NCBI GenBank assembly: GCA_963813065.1
Contig: CAWEXP010000008.1
Span: 73,289 to 137,288, forward strand
Source: Candidatus Kaiserbacteria bacterium
GTDB lineage: Bacteria > Patescibacteriota > Minisyncoccia > Phycocordibacterales > Phycocordibacteraceae
Length of the DNA stretch: 64,000 bases
Reading direction: 5' to 3'
The position numbers and the translations under genes were made by a program. The notes under the pieces were generated by a model, which saw only the letters and a program-made list of their open reading frames with translations, searched no databases and was not told where the DNA came from. Positions 36,535 through 46,815 of this stretch are shown here, one piece after another (positions within the stretch are counted from its first letter, which is position 1; each line of letters opens with the position of its first letter).

Positions 36535-37476
36535 TACGTGAATGCGTCCACGGTCTTACCCGAAGCGTCGAGGAGTTTTACTTCCTCGTGTTGTGGTCGC
36601 CACATACTAGAGCTACGACCAAGATAGATGCGCCAGGTGTTGCCCTCGAAGTCGGCGTCGGTACGGTGCTCCTGTACACAGCCGTTGTAATTGAGGTACG
36701 TGGTGAGGAAGGTCTGGCACGCGCCCGAGACGGTGGTGGGCGGCGTGAGTTGTGCCGAACAGCGCGAGAGCTTGTTTACGTAATTAATGCAGGCGACATC
36801 GCGCAGATAGTCAGGATAGTTCGCGAGGAGCTCGGTGGAAGGTGTGGGGCAGGTGAGGGGGAGTGCCGGTGAAAATTTCTGATACGTGCTGAAATAGCCG
36901 ATGCACTTATTCTCGCGGAAAGAGGCGCCGATGGGCGAGGAGCCGGAGACGATAATCGCAGTGTCACCGGGTTTGAGCGTAATATCCTGTACTGCTTGGA
37001 TGGTGCCCGAGAGCGGAACCTCGGTGCCCTCAGGGATCGTCGAGGCGTTACCACTCGCGGCACTCTCGATGGTCCAACCCGCGAGATTGACGGGTGCGCT
37101 CGCGGTCGAGGAGAGGCGGAATCTCAACCGACTCTTTTGCGGGAGTGCTCCCCGCGCCCGAGACATAGCCGTCGAGCAGAACGCTCCCGCGGTAGGGCGA
37201 CGGAGTGCCGAAGGCAATACCCGCGATTGGTGAGGGGGTGCCACTCGTGCTTCCACTGGTCTCAGTGCCAGCCGAGGAGCCGTTCAGGGTGATATTGGAA
37301 TTGCCGATGGTGAAAGGGGCCTGGGGGAGTGAGAGGTAGGTGCCGCCGCCGAGAACGCCCGGCTCGGAGAGTCGCGGGCCGCTGAGCGCGAGCTGATGGT
37401 TCGGGCCACCAGTAGCCGCCCAGATAAGGAACACGAATACGAATATGCCGATGAAGAAAAAGGCATCGTGTTGCAT
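36531..37476 (-). pseudogene. Lamin-tail-domain (LTD) secreted protein, split by a frameshift
   Basis: ORF 37048..37476 (N-terminal TM + Gly/Ser/Thr-rich) and ORF 36531..37256 (LTD-like NLAGWTIE...TLKPGDTAIIV) overlap in different frames. Confidence 0.4.
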
Positions 37477-37478
37477 AC

Positions 37479-38620
37479 CTAAGATGATAGCAGGCGTTTG
37501 AGCTCTTCGCGCACGACCGCGGCGTCGCTCCAGGGCGTTTTCTTTCCGTGCGCTTCCATGATGTACGGGTCAGTACCTTTGCCAGAAATGAGCACTGCAT
37601 CGCCCGGGCGCGCCGCGCGGAGCGCGGCGCGTATGGCCTCGCGGCGATCCATAATGATCTCCGGCTTTTTCTCTTTCATACCCGCAGCCATTTCTTGGAT
37701 AATTTTCTCTGGTGATTCGTCGTACGGGTCTTCGTTGGTGAGGATGACGTGCGCGCACTCGTGCTCGGCAATCTGCGCCATCAGGGGGCGCTTCCAGGTG
37801 TCGCGACCGCCACCCGTGTTCCCAAGCACGCAGATCTTGCGCTCGGTGGGGAAAGCGCCATACAGCGCCGTGAGTGAGTCGGGTGTGTGCGCGTAGTCGA
37901 CGACCGCGATGAAATCTTGTCCGGCATCAATGCGTTCGACGCGTCCGCGCACGACCGGGAGTTCTGCGAGCGCTTTTGCAGATATTTTCTGGTCAACGCC
38001 AAACGCGTTCGCCATCTTTATTCCCGCAAGCGCGTTCATTGCGTTGAAGGTGCCGGCAATCGGAAGGAGAAACTCTCATCAGAATATTTGAAATGTACAC
38101 GGTGATTGTCGCTCGCAAGCTCCGCAAGCTCGCTCCGCGAGAATCCGATTGTTTCGGAAACTGTGGCATCAAGAAATTTTTTCGTCTCGGGCACGTCCTC
38201 ATTTGAAACGAGTACGCGACGGCGTTTGGGCGAGTGTTCGAGGGTCGCGACAATCGCGCGTTTCGCGGCCACATACTTATCGAAGCCGCCATGGCTCTCG
38301 AGGTGTTCGCGCTGGATGTTCGTCACGATGAGCCCGTCGAGGTCGAGGAACCAGTGGCGATAATTCAACGTACTTTCAGAGGTGACCTCGACCACTACGT
38401 GTGTGCACCCGGCGCGAAGTGCTTTGCGCAGAAACTTTTGCGCGAAGCCGCGGCCCTGGAGCGTCATTTTAAATTTATTCGGCTCCGATTCGTCCTCAAT
38501 CGCGAAGCGAATGGTTGAAAGCAGTGCCGTTTTGTATCCTTTCGCGCGCAGGATGGCGAAGAAGCATCTCGGCGGTCGTCGACTTGCCCTTGGTGCCCGT
38601 GATGCCGATAACCGTCAGCC
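37479..38620 (-). pseudogene. Mur-ligase-family protein (MurE/MurF/FolC-like) broken into 3-4 reading-frame segments
   Basis: P-loop ITGTKGKSTTAEMLL (about 38560-38610). Central domain VVVEVTSESTLNYRHWFLDLDGLIVTNIQREHLESHGG (ORF 38036..38467). C-terminal domain NAMNALAGIKMANAFGV (ORF 37479..38039). Segments are in different frames; breaks near 38565 and 38060. Confidence 0.55.
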
Positions 38621-39311
38621 GGCGAGCGGGAAGCCGTAGGCGAGCGCCATGAGGAACGCAAGCGATGCGTGATACGCCGGTCGCAGTGGCCGCACCACCG
38701 ACTCCGGCACAATCTGCTTCAAAAAGCGCACGACGACGTCGACGAGTCCGTACATACCTGAGCCGCCGGAGGAGAGTGCCGCGCGCAGTCGCGCCTCTTT
38801 GCCGGCAATGTGCTCGGCGATGCCCGAGACTGCGCGCCTCGCCTCGCGTTCGGTGTAGCCGAGCGCGACCAACGTGTCGAAGACTTCGGCATCATCGCCA
38901 CTGCCGCCGCTCTTCGTATCGCCCATTTTCTCGGCAAGCTCGACCGCGAGCTTTTCTGCCGATTTCTTGCCGAGTCCGGCGACGCGCGTCAAATAAGTAA
39001 TATCGCGACGCGCGATGGCGCGTTCGAGCCCCTCGCGCGGAGAGCGGCGGAGAATCCCGAGCGCAGTCTTGGGTCCGATGCCCGAGACCGAGAGCAATTT
39101 CTCGAAGAAGTCGCGGTCGGCGACATCGCTGAATCCGTAGAGATTCATGCCGTTCTGCGAGATCGCGAGGTGTGTCGCGAGTGTTGCCTTCACTTCCCTC
39201 GGCCAGCCCTTCGGTTGAGGCAACGAAAACTTCGATACCGAAGCCTGCGACCTCGACCACCACGCTCGCAAGACCGAGCGAGAGCACCTTTCCGCGAATC
39301 TGCCGAATCAT
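38615..39311 (-). CDS. ruvA: Holliday junction DNA helicase RuvA, internal frameshift
   Basis: N-terminus MIRQIRGKVLSLGLASVVVEVAGFGIEVFVASTEG in one frame. Remainder KATLATHLAISQNGMNLYGF...ERDFFEKLLSVSGIGPKTALGIL...GYTEREARRAV in the +1 frame. Break near 39185-39200. Confidence 0.75.
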
Positions 39312-39369
39312 GCATCCATAGTACCGCAAACCTTGCATAATTGCCCCGCATCCCGTAAGGTAATCGCAC

Positions 39370-39615
39370 ATGGCAATCACCAGCTCAGCGAAGAAAGCAA
39401 TCCGCGTCAGTGCGCGGAAGCACGTCTTTAACCTCCGTCGCAAGGATGCGCTCTCGCGCACGACGAAATCTTTTACCAAGGCACCTACCACTGCCAGCCT
39501 CTCGGCCGCTTACAAGGCAATCGACAAGGCCGCCAAGCAGAACGTCATCACCAAGAACACCGCCTCGCGCAAGAAGAGCCGCCTCGCCAAAGCGCTCGCA
39601 AAAGTTTCTAAGTAA
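39370..39615 (+). CDS. rpsT: 30S ribosomal protein S20
   Basis: MAITSSAKKAIRVSARKHVFNLRRK... is the typical S20 N-terminus. 81 aa. Confidence 0.85.
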   Translation: MAITSSAKKAIRVSARKHVFNLRRKDALSRTTKSFTKAPTTASLSAAYKAIDKAAKQNVITKNTASRKKSRLAKALAKVSK

Positions 39616-39798
39616 TTGTGTGTCCCGCCTCGGCCTCGAACTTCGCCGCGTGCCGAGGGTTTTTGAACGAGTTAAATAAGACGGAGTCGAACCCCCGCAG
39701 TCGGGCACGATGCTATTGACACTTAGCATTCAACCTGCTAACATATAATCCAGATTGGGCAATTTGCTCGAACTCTGTCTGGCTATCGACAGCGATCT

Positions 39799-40185
39799 TT
39801 GGAGAAATCAATGAAAAAGCTCTTGCTCTCAGCGGGGCTGTGTGTGCTTCTGGCTCCGGTGTTCGCCTCAGCCCACGATGCCCCGAACTGGCTGGGCCAG
39901 TACAACCGTGAAGCGGTTGCGGACGCGCGAAATGCGGCCCGCAACACGCAGCCGAGTTATCCCTACTCGTCCCTCGCGCAGGAACGCCGGGCGCTCGACT
40001 ACGAGGTTGCGCACACGAACATTTCGCACTGCGCCTATCTCAATCAAGGCGAAGATTACGTGGGCAGTTCGTGCGACACCTACGAGATCGAATATCGCTA
40101 CAAGCGCATCGGCTACATCACCAAAGTGCTCGGCGACGGCGATACACGGGACTTTCTCTCGCGCTTCGGTTTCCACGACGACTAA
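39799..40185 (+). CDS. Secreted hypothetical protein
   Basis: Signal peptide MKKLLLSAGLCVLLAPVFASA. Confidence 0.45.
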   Translation: MEKSMKKLLLSAGLCVLLAPVFASAHDAPNWLGQYNREAVADARNAARNTQPSYPYSSLAQERRALDYEVAHTNISHCAYLNQGEDYVGSSCDTYEIEYRYKRIGYITKVLGDGDTRDFLSRFGFHDD

Positions 40186-40206
40186 GTGGCGAGATCATGA
40201 CATCAC

Positions 40207-40238
40207 CCGGCGGACCAATCATCCGCCGGCTTTTTTAT
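40207..40238 (+). terminator. Rho-independent terminator
   Basis: cccggcgg-accaatcat-ccgccgg followed by cttttttat. Confidence 0.45.
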
Positions 40239-40275
40239 GTAAAGTGTCTCGGTCAGTTGAACTAGTACTAGTGTG

Positions 40276-40347
40276 TGCTCTCGGTCGGAATCGAACCGAC
40301 ATTGGCCCCTTCGGAGGGGGCTATCCTATCCGTTGAATGACGAGAGC
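40276..40347 (-). tRNA. tRNA-Arg (anticodon CCG)
   Basis: Reverse complement folds as a cloverleaf: acceptor GCTCTCG/CGAGAGC, anticodon stem GCCCC/GGGGC with loop CTCCGAA, T-arm GTCGGTTCGATTCCGAC. Confidence 0.8.
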
Positions 40348-40391
40348 GAAGTGAGGCCAAACGAATTTGAGTAATCTGCTATCCTTGCGCA

Positions 40392-41065
40392 ATGGACGTT
40401 CCCGACTATCTCGAAAAGTATTATTGGTGGGCGTACGTGCGTCCCTGGGCCGTGCGGGTCTTCGAGCGCCCGTGGCTCATCAATCTTATCCTGTACGGCA
40501 ATTATACGAAACTACGCGACGTCACTGTGGCCGAGCTCGCACCGAACCTTGGCGGACGCACACTACAATCTCGGCGTGCTACGGCTCGCTCGTGCCGACG
40601 ATTGCCGAGCGCGCGCGGAGCGCCGGTGGTCACTACGAGCTCATCGACCTGTTGCCGACACAGATTGCGAATGCGCGACGCAAAGTTGGCGACAACTCTG
40701 CGGCACACATCCAGCAGATGAACGCCGTCGCACTCGATTTCCCTGACCATTCATTCGACAACGTCCTCCTCTTTTTCTTACTGCACGAACTGCCGCAGGA
40801 CTGGCGCGAGCGCGTTATGGCTGAGGCTCTGCGCGTCCTGGCGCCCGGCGGGAAAATGGTCATCACCGACTTCGGCAAGCCCGCAGGGTGGAATATCTTT
40901 TTCCGCTTCTTCTGGCTCCCCATGCTCGGCATTCTTGAACCGTTCGCGATACCGCTGTGGCGCCACGAACTCGCCGACATTCTCCCCGCGCAAATGGGCC
41001 AGCGCACCTGGCACCAACAAAAATATTTCGGCGGACTCTTTCAGAAACTGGTCGGAACAAAATAG
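40392..41065 (+). CDS. Class I SAM-dependent methyltransferase (type 11), frameshifted at an AA dinucleotide
   Basis: N-terminus in ORF 40392..40721. After GGRTLQ the continuation (I)SACYGSLVPTIAERARSAGGHYELIDLL...VLAPGGKMVITDFG is in ORF 40367..41065. Restoring one A at 40567-40568 joins them. Confidence 0.55.
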
Positions 41066-41067
41066 TG

Positions 41068-41139
41068 TGCCCCCGGTAGGAATCGAACCTACATTACAAA
41101 CTCCGCAAGCTTGCGTCCTATCCATTGAACGACGGGGGC
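41068..41139 (-). tRNA. tRNA-Arg (anticodon GCG by hand fold; verify)
   Basis: Acceptor GCCCCCG/CGGGGGC, D-arm GTTCAATGGATAGGAC, anticodon stem CAAGC/GTTTG with loop TTGCGGA, T-arm GTAGGTTCGATTCCTAC. Confidence 0.65.
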
Positions 41140-41172
41140 AATTCGGTGACTCTACACTCTTTTAATAATTTC

Positions 41173-41646
41173 TCAAAGCCCGAGCCATGCCGCGACGAGG
41201 TCGCTGATGGTGTGTTCGTGCGCGGCTTCATCGACCTGCGCGAGGAAGTAGCTGTAGACGGCGTCCGCGTCGACATTTTCGAGCGGGATGACGAGGTGCG
41301 GCGAGAGCAGGCTCTCGGTCTTGATTGAGAGTAGGGGAGGCTCGGCGCCCTCAATGTCCTCGAGGACCGAGAAGGAAGTCATGCGCGAAAAAGGGTGGAG
41401 CTCATCGCCAATCATCAGGCCTTGCTCAGTGAGCTGGAATTGGTGCACCTTGGGGTGCTTTGCCCCATGGAGCGCGAGGGCCGCGGCGGCGACGACAATC
41501 AAGAATGCGAGCAAATATTCGCTGAAGAGGAGTGCGGCTACCGCGAGCGCGACGGCCATGATACCGAGCGCCCAATACCAGTCGGCACTGCGGGGATTGT
41601 GCTCGTATTCTCGTCCTTCCCAGGTGAAAAGTGCAGAGCGGGGCAT
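41173..41646 (-). CDS. Membrane hypothetical protein
   Basis: Two N-terminal TM helices (WYWALGIMAVALAVAALLF, LLAFLIVVAAAALAL). Confidence 0.4.
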   Translation of the reverse strand: MPRSALFTWEGREYEHNPRSADWYWALGIMAVALAVAALLFSEYLLAFLIVVAAAALALHGAKHPKVHQFQLTEQGLMIGDELHPFSRMTSFSVLEDIEGAEPPLLSIKTESLLSPHLVIPLENVDADAVYSYFLAQVDEAAHEHTISDLVAAWLGL

Positions 41647-41736
41647 GGAGAAAGTATATCACCAGGTGCCGGTTGCACTCGCTCGAGCAGGGTATACTTA
41701 TACGAGCGGCACAACCGCTTTAGCATCTCTAACTAA

Positions 41737-41973
41737 ATGCACTGCATGAAGTCATTGCATATGATCGCGTTCGCGCTCCTCGTTATCGGTGGGCTCAACT
41801 GGGGCCTCATCGGTCTCGGTGGATTCGCCGGTGCGGACTGGAACGTCGTCCACATGATCCTCGGCGCCTGGCCGGTGGTCGAGTGGATTGTCTACGTCCT
41901 CGTCGGCCTCTCGGCAGTCATCCTTGCCTTCACTCACTGCAAGGACTGCAAGATGTGCTCGACAAAGATGTAA
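41737..41973 (+). CDS. DUF378-family small membrane protein
   Basis: IAFALLVIGGLNWGLIGLGGF signature. Confidence 0.55.
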   Translation: MHCMKSLHMIAFALLVIGGLNWGLIGLGGFAGADWNVVHMILGAWPVVEWIVYVLVGLSAVILAFTHCKDCKMCSTKM

Positions 41974-42020
41974 TCAACAGGATGCATCGAGAAACCGGCC
42001 CCACAAGGGTCGGTTTCGTA

Positions 42021-43130
42021 TTAGAAGCGCACCGTGAGTGGGGAACCGAGGCCCGTGATGTAATCGTAGTGCGCGCGGGCATCGCAGAGATACCCACAGT
42101 CGCCATTCGTACCGCTCGTGATGTCGCGGAAATATTGACGGGTGCTTGCCGACGACTTGTCGGCGTAGAAATGTGCATTCGAGGCGCCACTGCCAAGTGC
42201 GACGATGGCGGCCCACTGCGGTGCACCGGCCGACGTGCCACCCACCACGTACCATTTCCCGAGTCGTACCACCGAGAAGCCGCTCGCGGGGTCGGCATCG
42301 TAGCTGACGTCGGGAATGGCGCGATAGCCGCCGCTCTTTGGGATTTTGTAACTCGATTGGAATGCCGGTGCTTTTTCATAGGCACTCACGCCACCGCCCG
42401 AACCGCTCCACGCTGTCTCGTGCGCGACAGAGCCACCCGCGGTAAACATGAGTGACGTGCCGCCGACGCCAATCACATTCGGCGAAGCCGCCGGCCACGA
42501 AGCGCCCGAGCCTTTGTCGCCCGCAGACGCGAAGAACACGGCGCCATTTTTCGAAATGAAATGCGTATCGAGTATCGTCTCGTCAGAAAATTCTGCACCA
42601 CCGAAGGACATCGAGACAGCGACCACGTCCGAGCGGCTTGCGGCGTAGTCAACCGCAGAGAGCAAGTTCGCGCCGGAGGGCGTCGGTGCTTCAATCAGCA
42701 AAATCTTCGCCGAGGGCGCGATGGCGTGCGCCCATTCGACGTCGAGCGTTGTCTCCATAGGCCAGTTGCTATTCGCGGATTCGCTCGATTTCATTTTGTG
42801 CACTTCAAGACATCCATTTTTCGCGGTGCAGGGTGCGAGAGTAAATTGTGTATCGAACGCCGATAGGTCACTCTCAATCGAGGCATCGGCGTAGGCATCA
42901 ATAATCGCGATGGTGCCTGTGCCACCAGTCGCGGGGAGATTGTACGCGGATTTTATTTGTACCGGTGTCAGTCCGTGCGGCACTTTACTCGTGCCCGCAT
43001 TGATGTGGATAGGCGGCCGGCCCCGATAGTTTGAAAAATGATACGCGGCGCTCGCGCTCCTCGCGCCGCCGAGCGCGAGTATGAGAATGAAAACAATCGA
43101 GAGCGAGCGTGCGAGCATCGCACTCGCCAT
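42021..43130 (-). CDS. Secreted serine peptidase, S8/S53 (sedolisin/kumamolisin-like)
   Basis: Signal peptide, GTSAGAPQWAAIVAL serine motif, AGDKGSGASWPAASP region. Confidence 0.7.
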   Translation of the reverse strand: MASAMLARSLSIVFILILALGGARSASAAYHFSNYRGRPPIHINAGTSKVPHGLTPVQIKSAYNLPATGGTGTIAIIDAYADASIESDLSAFDTQFTLAPCTAKNGCLEVHKMKSSESANSNWPMETTLDVEWAHAIAPSAKILLIEAPTPSGANLLSAVDYAASRSDVVAVSMSFGGAEFSDETILDTHFISKNGAVFFASAGDKGSGASWPAASPNVIGVGGTSLMFTAGGSVAHETAWSGSGGGVSAYEKAPAFQSSYKIPKSGGYRAIPDVSYDADPASGFSVVRLGKWYVVGGTSAGAPQWAAIVALGSGASNAHFYADKSSASTRQYFRDITSGTNGDCGYLCDARAHYDYITGLGSPLTVRF

Positions 43131-43423
43131 TATACCTTATTGATATGGTGCTCCATCACTTCGCGCACGACATCCCAGTGGTGCGGGCCAACCATCGTCG
43201 TACCCGGGTGCTTCTGCATGTAGCCGAGCGTCGTGTCGAGCGTCTTCTGGTCGACGCCCGCCTTCCAGCTCGGGTGATCCGGATCACCCATGAGGCTCGA
43301 ATGGAACGCCATCTCGACTTGGTTAATCTGGTGCTCAGTGAATCCGCGATTCATCAAGCTCGGTCGCACCTCATGCATGAATTCGTGTGGCGTAACGCGC
43401 AAACGGCTTGCTCCGGTGTCCAT
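43130..43423 (-). CDS. Hypothetical protein
   Basis: 97-aa ORF translationally coupled to the peptidase gene. Confidence 0.3.
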   Translation of the reverse strand: MDTGASRLRVTPHEFMHEVRPSLMNRGFTEHQINQVEMAFHSSLMGDPDHPSWKAGVDQKTLDTTLGYMQKHPGTTMVGPHHWDVVREVMEHHINKV

Positions 43424-43492
43424 AGAATAAGAATTGCTGGTAACGGGACTATCGTACCACGGGCGAGCTACTCAGCATTCAACGCTTCGATT

Positions 43493-44062
43493 TTATAGAC
43501 CAACCGCACTAGCGCCGTACTCTGCTTGGGATTGTGTGTATTTATCGTATTCCAACTGTGCAATTAAGCTATCGCGCGAAAAAGCGGAATATGACATGTA
43601 CTGTTTGGCCGCCTTAGCCGCCTGCTCATTCCAGTTAGCACCGGAATTATCCGCACCATAAACCGCATCGGCAGGTGAGAATTGGTCGTACTCTAACTGG
43701 GCAATCAACCCGTCGTGAGAAAATGCTGTGTATTTTAAGTAAGATTGTGCCGCTCGAACTGCATTTTGTTGACTAACCGTTTCGTTTGAAACTGGGGGAG
43801 TGTTTTGACTGCTTGTTTGTATTGCTGTTGGAGTGGGCGCGGTCGAAGGTGCGGGTTGTTGCACCGGTTTGCTCGCCGCAGGTTTCTTCTGAACATCTGT
43901 GGTTTGTACGGATGTTGTTCCAGTGGCTGGGGCGGTAGTGGTTACGGCAGGGGAGGTGTTAGAACTGCCACTCTCTCCAATCACCACAATGACCAAAACG
44001 ACAATAATCCAGAACCACCATTGTTTATAGAACTTACCTTTTGTTTTTTCCTGCGAGTCCAT
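43493..44062 (-). CDS. Ltp-family surface lipoprotein-like (two Ltp repeats)
   Basis: N-terminal TM. Thr/Pro-rich linker. Two repeats AQSYLKYTAFSHDGLIAQLEYDQFSPADAVYGA and AKQYMSYSAFSRDSLIAQLEYDKYTQSQAEYGA. Confidence 0.6.
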   Translation of the reverse strand: MDSQEKTKGKFYKQWWFWIIVVLVIVVIGESGSSNTSPAVTTTAPATGTTSVQTTDVQKKPAASKPVQQPAPSTAPTPTAIQTSSQNTPPVSNETVSQQNAVRAAQSYLKYTAFSHDGLIAQLEYDQFSPADAVYGADNSGANWNEQAAKAAKQYMSYSAFSRDSLIAQLEYDKYTQSQAEYGASAVGL

Positions 44063-44220
44063 AAGGGGGTTTGTTACTATCCAACCCCATAATCGGGCTG
44101 GTATGGATATTATATATTGTTTGGCGGTGTCTCGGGGATTCGAATTTTTTAGGCAAGGCCTTGTAAGCGTTCTTTCGTGGGTTTTCGAGCAGCCAGCCGA
44201 GGTCTCGGGGTCGCTTGGGT

Positions 44221-45832
44221 TTACTGCACTACCTGCCCATTTAGATATTTATGGTTCTTGTCTTGGGCGTCGTATTTACAACTGATTCCGCAGGAAGGCC
44301 ATTGATAATCAGAAGGTTGAACAGTAGTGAAGGTCGCTGGATCAGCTCCAATCAGCAACTGACCGCCCCAATAAACATTGTTTTTATCTTTTGCGTATGA
44401 GGTGTTTGGTATGTAAGAGAAGGTTACTATATCAACGCCGGGAATCGGAGTAACAGGTTCGGTGCTGCCGTTTGTAAGGTTACCAAGGGCATATGCCTGA
44501 TTCTTATCTTTTGCATAACCTCCTCCCATATACACAAACGTGTTCGGATCGGCTCCCGGTATCGGATAATTACCGAAATATACGTGCACCCCATCCTTTC
44601 CAAGTTCGTAATTTACACCATCGCCAGCAATATAGACGAATGTCTGAGGATCGGCACCTGGTATCACTTGTGCTCCAGGATATGACGAGGGAAAATAGAC
44701 ATATTTGTCGTCTTTTCCGTACTCACTATTGTTGCCGGCAACCCAAGTGAAGGTGGTTGGGTCGGCCCCTTGCACTATTTGCCCATTTTCGTAAACAGCA
44801 GCCTTATCTTTACCGTACCCTTCACCTAAAAAGATAAACGACGCAGGAACCGCGCCCGGGATCTCGCTGTTTTCGAAGTATACATTTTGGGCATCTTTAA
44901 AGTATGGAGTTGTTGAGCTAAGTGAAATAAAAGTTGCGGGGTCTGTCCCTGCGACAACGTTACTCCCGTAGTAAACATTATTTTTGTCTTTGCCAAATAC
45001 ATTACGTAAAGCGTCTTCGTAGAGTATTTGAAAAGTGGTAGCGTCGGCTTGTGGCATGAGAGGGGAGATGCCCCCATCGATATATATAGGGAAACCGATA
45101 TAAACGTGCTTGGCGTCTTTAGAGTAAGAGTCGAGAGGATCGACTCCAAAACTTAAACTCTCGAACGTACCAGGATCGGCACCGTCCACGCGCCCCAGCC
45201 ATTCACCGTCGACGCCTACCTCATATGCGTAGACATACTCCTTATCCTTCGCAAACCAGGAGAATTGATTTTGCTTGTCGTATACTAACGTAAAAGTGCT
45301 TGGATCTGGATTCGCGACTTGGTTATTCGGACCATCATAAACCTCGATTATTGCGCCGCCTTCATAGATGTGTATTGTCTTTAGCAAAGTCTTCAGTTCC
45401 AAATTCTTGCGCGTCAGAGGAAACGACGAAGCTTGCCGCGTCGGCCCCTAGTATCGATGAAGTTGCGTTACCGTAGTAAATTTGACCGTTTCTTTCGGAG
45501 TAGCCCGATGGATTGCCTAAGGGGAGTTCTGTAACTGGTATCCAACGGAAAGGTTTGTTTTGATCCACGACTGTGCTTGAGGTGGCTGTTGCATTAGTCG
45601 ATAGAGGCGCTTGATTCGATACCAATAGATTTATCACTCCTGGTACCCATAGTTTGTATGTAGCAATAAGACCAAGGCCGATGATGATAAGCACAAGCAG
45701 GATGATTCTAACTACTTTTATCGCCATGCTTGGACCTGTTGGTATCAGAGTTGTCGGCGGCTGTGCCGGATTTTGTTGCTCAGGTGAAGGAGGCATACGT
45801 GCTTCAACTCTAGCAGGTTTCGACCGATTCAA
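44221..45832 (-). pseudogene. Membrane-anchored DKNYY-repeat protein, frameshifted
   Basis: ORF 45362..45832 (TM anchor + first repeat) and ORF 44221..45402 (multiple YGKDKxxVY...GADPxTF repeats) overlap by 41 nt in different frames. Confidence 0.55.
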
Positions 45833-45920
45833 AACTCGGTTATCAACTTGCGCAACTTAGGCCTCAAGGTCGCACTAACGCCTCAGGCCTCAGGGTTGGT
45901 CCGATACAAAAGTCTTCGGG

Positions 45921-46003
45921 CGGAGGGGGTGGGACTCGAACCCACAAGGCCTTTCAGCCGCTAGTTTTCAAGACTAGTTCCTTACCATTCGGAGCACCCC
46001 TCC
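45921..46003 (-). tRNA. tRNA-Ser (anticodon TGA)
   Basis: Acceptor GGAGGGG/CCCCTCC, anticodon stem CTAGT/ACTAG with loop CTTGAAA, long variable arm CGGCTGAAAGGCCTTG, T-arm TGGGTTCGAGTCCCA. Confidence 0.85.
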
Positions 46004-46004
46004 G

Positions 46005-46487
46005 TTACTGATGCTTTTTCGATTTACGCAACCAGCTGTGTTGCAAATAATGCTGTTCAGCGTGGCAATTCGGGCAAATCAACTCCAAGTTAGATAGGTC
46101 GTTATTATTTCGATTCTTATCTTTATGGTGCACATGCAGAATTTCAATCCTGTCGTAGCCACACCGCTCACATACTTCGCCTCTTTCGGCGATTAGTCGG
46201 AGTTTTAGGGAGCGCTGATTTTTAACTTTGTCTTTCTTCGGTCGCCCGAGATATGAAATCCCGGCCCTATGTTTATTTGCGCATGCCCGACTGCAGGTCT
46301 TTGCGTTGGCGCTAGCCAAAATCGGAGTCCCGCATACCACGCACGGAGTTTCTATCCTGTTCGCCTTTCCGTAACATGCCTGACTACAAAAGACCCGACC
46401 TTTCTGCAACTCAGCCGGCCGACGATATACCGGCGTACCGCAGATTAGGCATTTTGTATTCGGATTTCTTTTATAATACTCAGACAC
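46005..46487 (-). CDS. HNH endonuclease with Cys-rich zinc fingers
   Basis: ILHVHHKDKNRNNNDLSNLELICPNCH HNH motif. Stop is 1 nt from the tRNA-Ser 5' end. Confidence 0.75.
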   Translation of the reverse strand: MSEYYKRNPNTKCLICGTPVYRRPAELQKGRVFCSQACYGKANRIETPCVVCGTPILASANAKTCSRACANKHRAGISYLGRPKKDKVKNQRSLKLRLIAERGEVCERCGYDRIEILHVHHKDKNRNNNDLSNLELICPNCHAEQHYLQHSWLRKSKKHQ

Positions 46488-46520
46488 TCATCCAGTATAC
46501 CACTCACTACACCGATCAGT

Positions 46521-46793
46521 TTACGCCGGTACTGATGAATGATGCGCCGGCGTGTGAGGGAGGTCTTTGCGGAACCAGATGAGATAGACGATTTCGAGGA
46601 TGCCGAGGGTGTTGATGACGAGGAGGGCGACGAACCACCACTTCTGTCCGCTCCGCGCGGCGTGCCAGAGGGCAAAGCCTTTGAGGATAATGGTCCAGAC
46701 CAGCGCGGCGAGGAGGAATGGCATAAAGAGCCCGACAAACCCGGCAAAAGGGTAGGGGCCATAGATTGGCGAAAACGAGTGTGCGTACATCAT
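46521..46793 (-). CDS. Small membrane protein (DUF5652-like, common in CPR)
   Basis: LKGFALWHAARSGQKWWFVALLVINTLGILEIVYL. Confidence 0.5.
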   Translation of the reverse strand: MMYAHSFSPIYGPYPFAGFVGLFMPFLLAALVWTIILKGFALWHAARSGQKWWFVALLVINTLGILEIVYLIWFRKDLPHTPAHHSSVPA

Positions 46794-46815
46794 GCGGATA
46801 GGATAGCATGGGAGT

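Noticed and set aside
41068-41139. Calling this tRNA an Arg(ACG) isoacceptor
   Set aside because: My fold puts GCG at positions 34-36 (loop TTGCGGA). There is no ACG in the loop. Reported as GCG with a request to verify by tRNAscan-SE.
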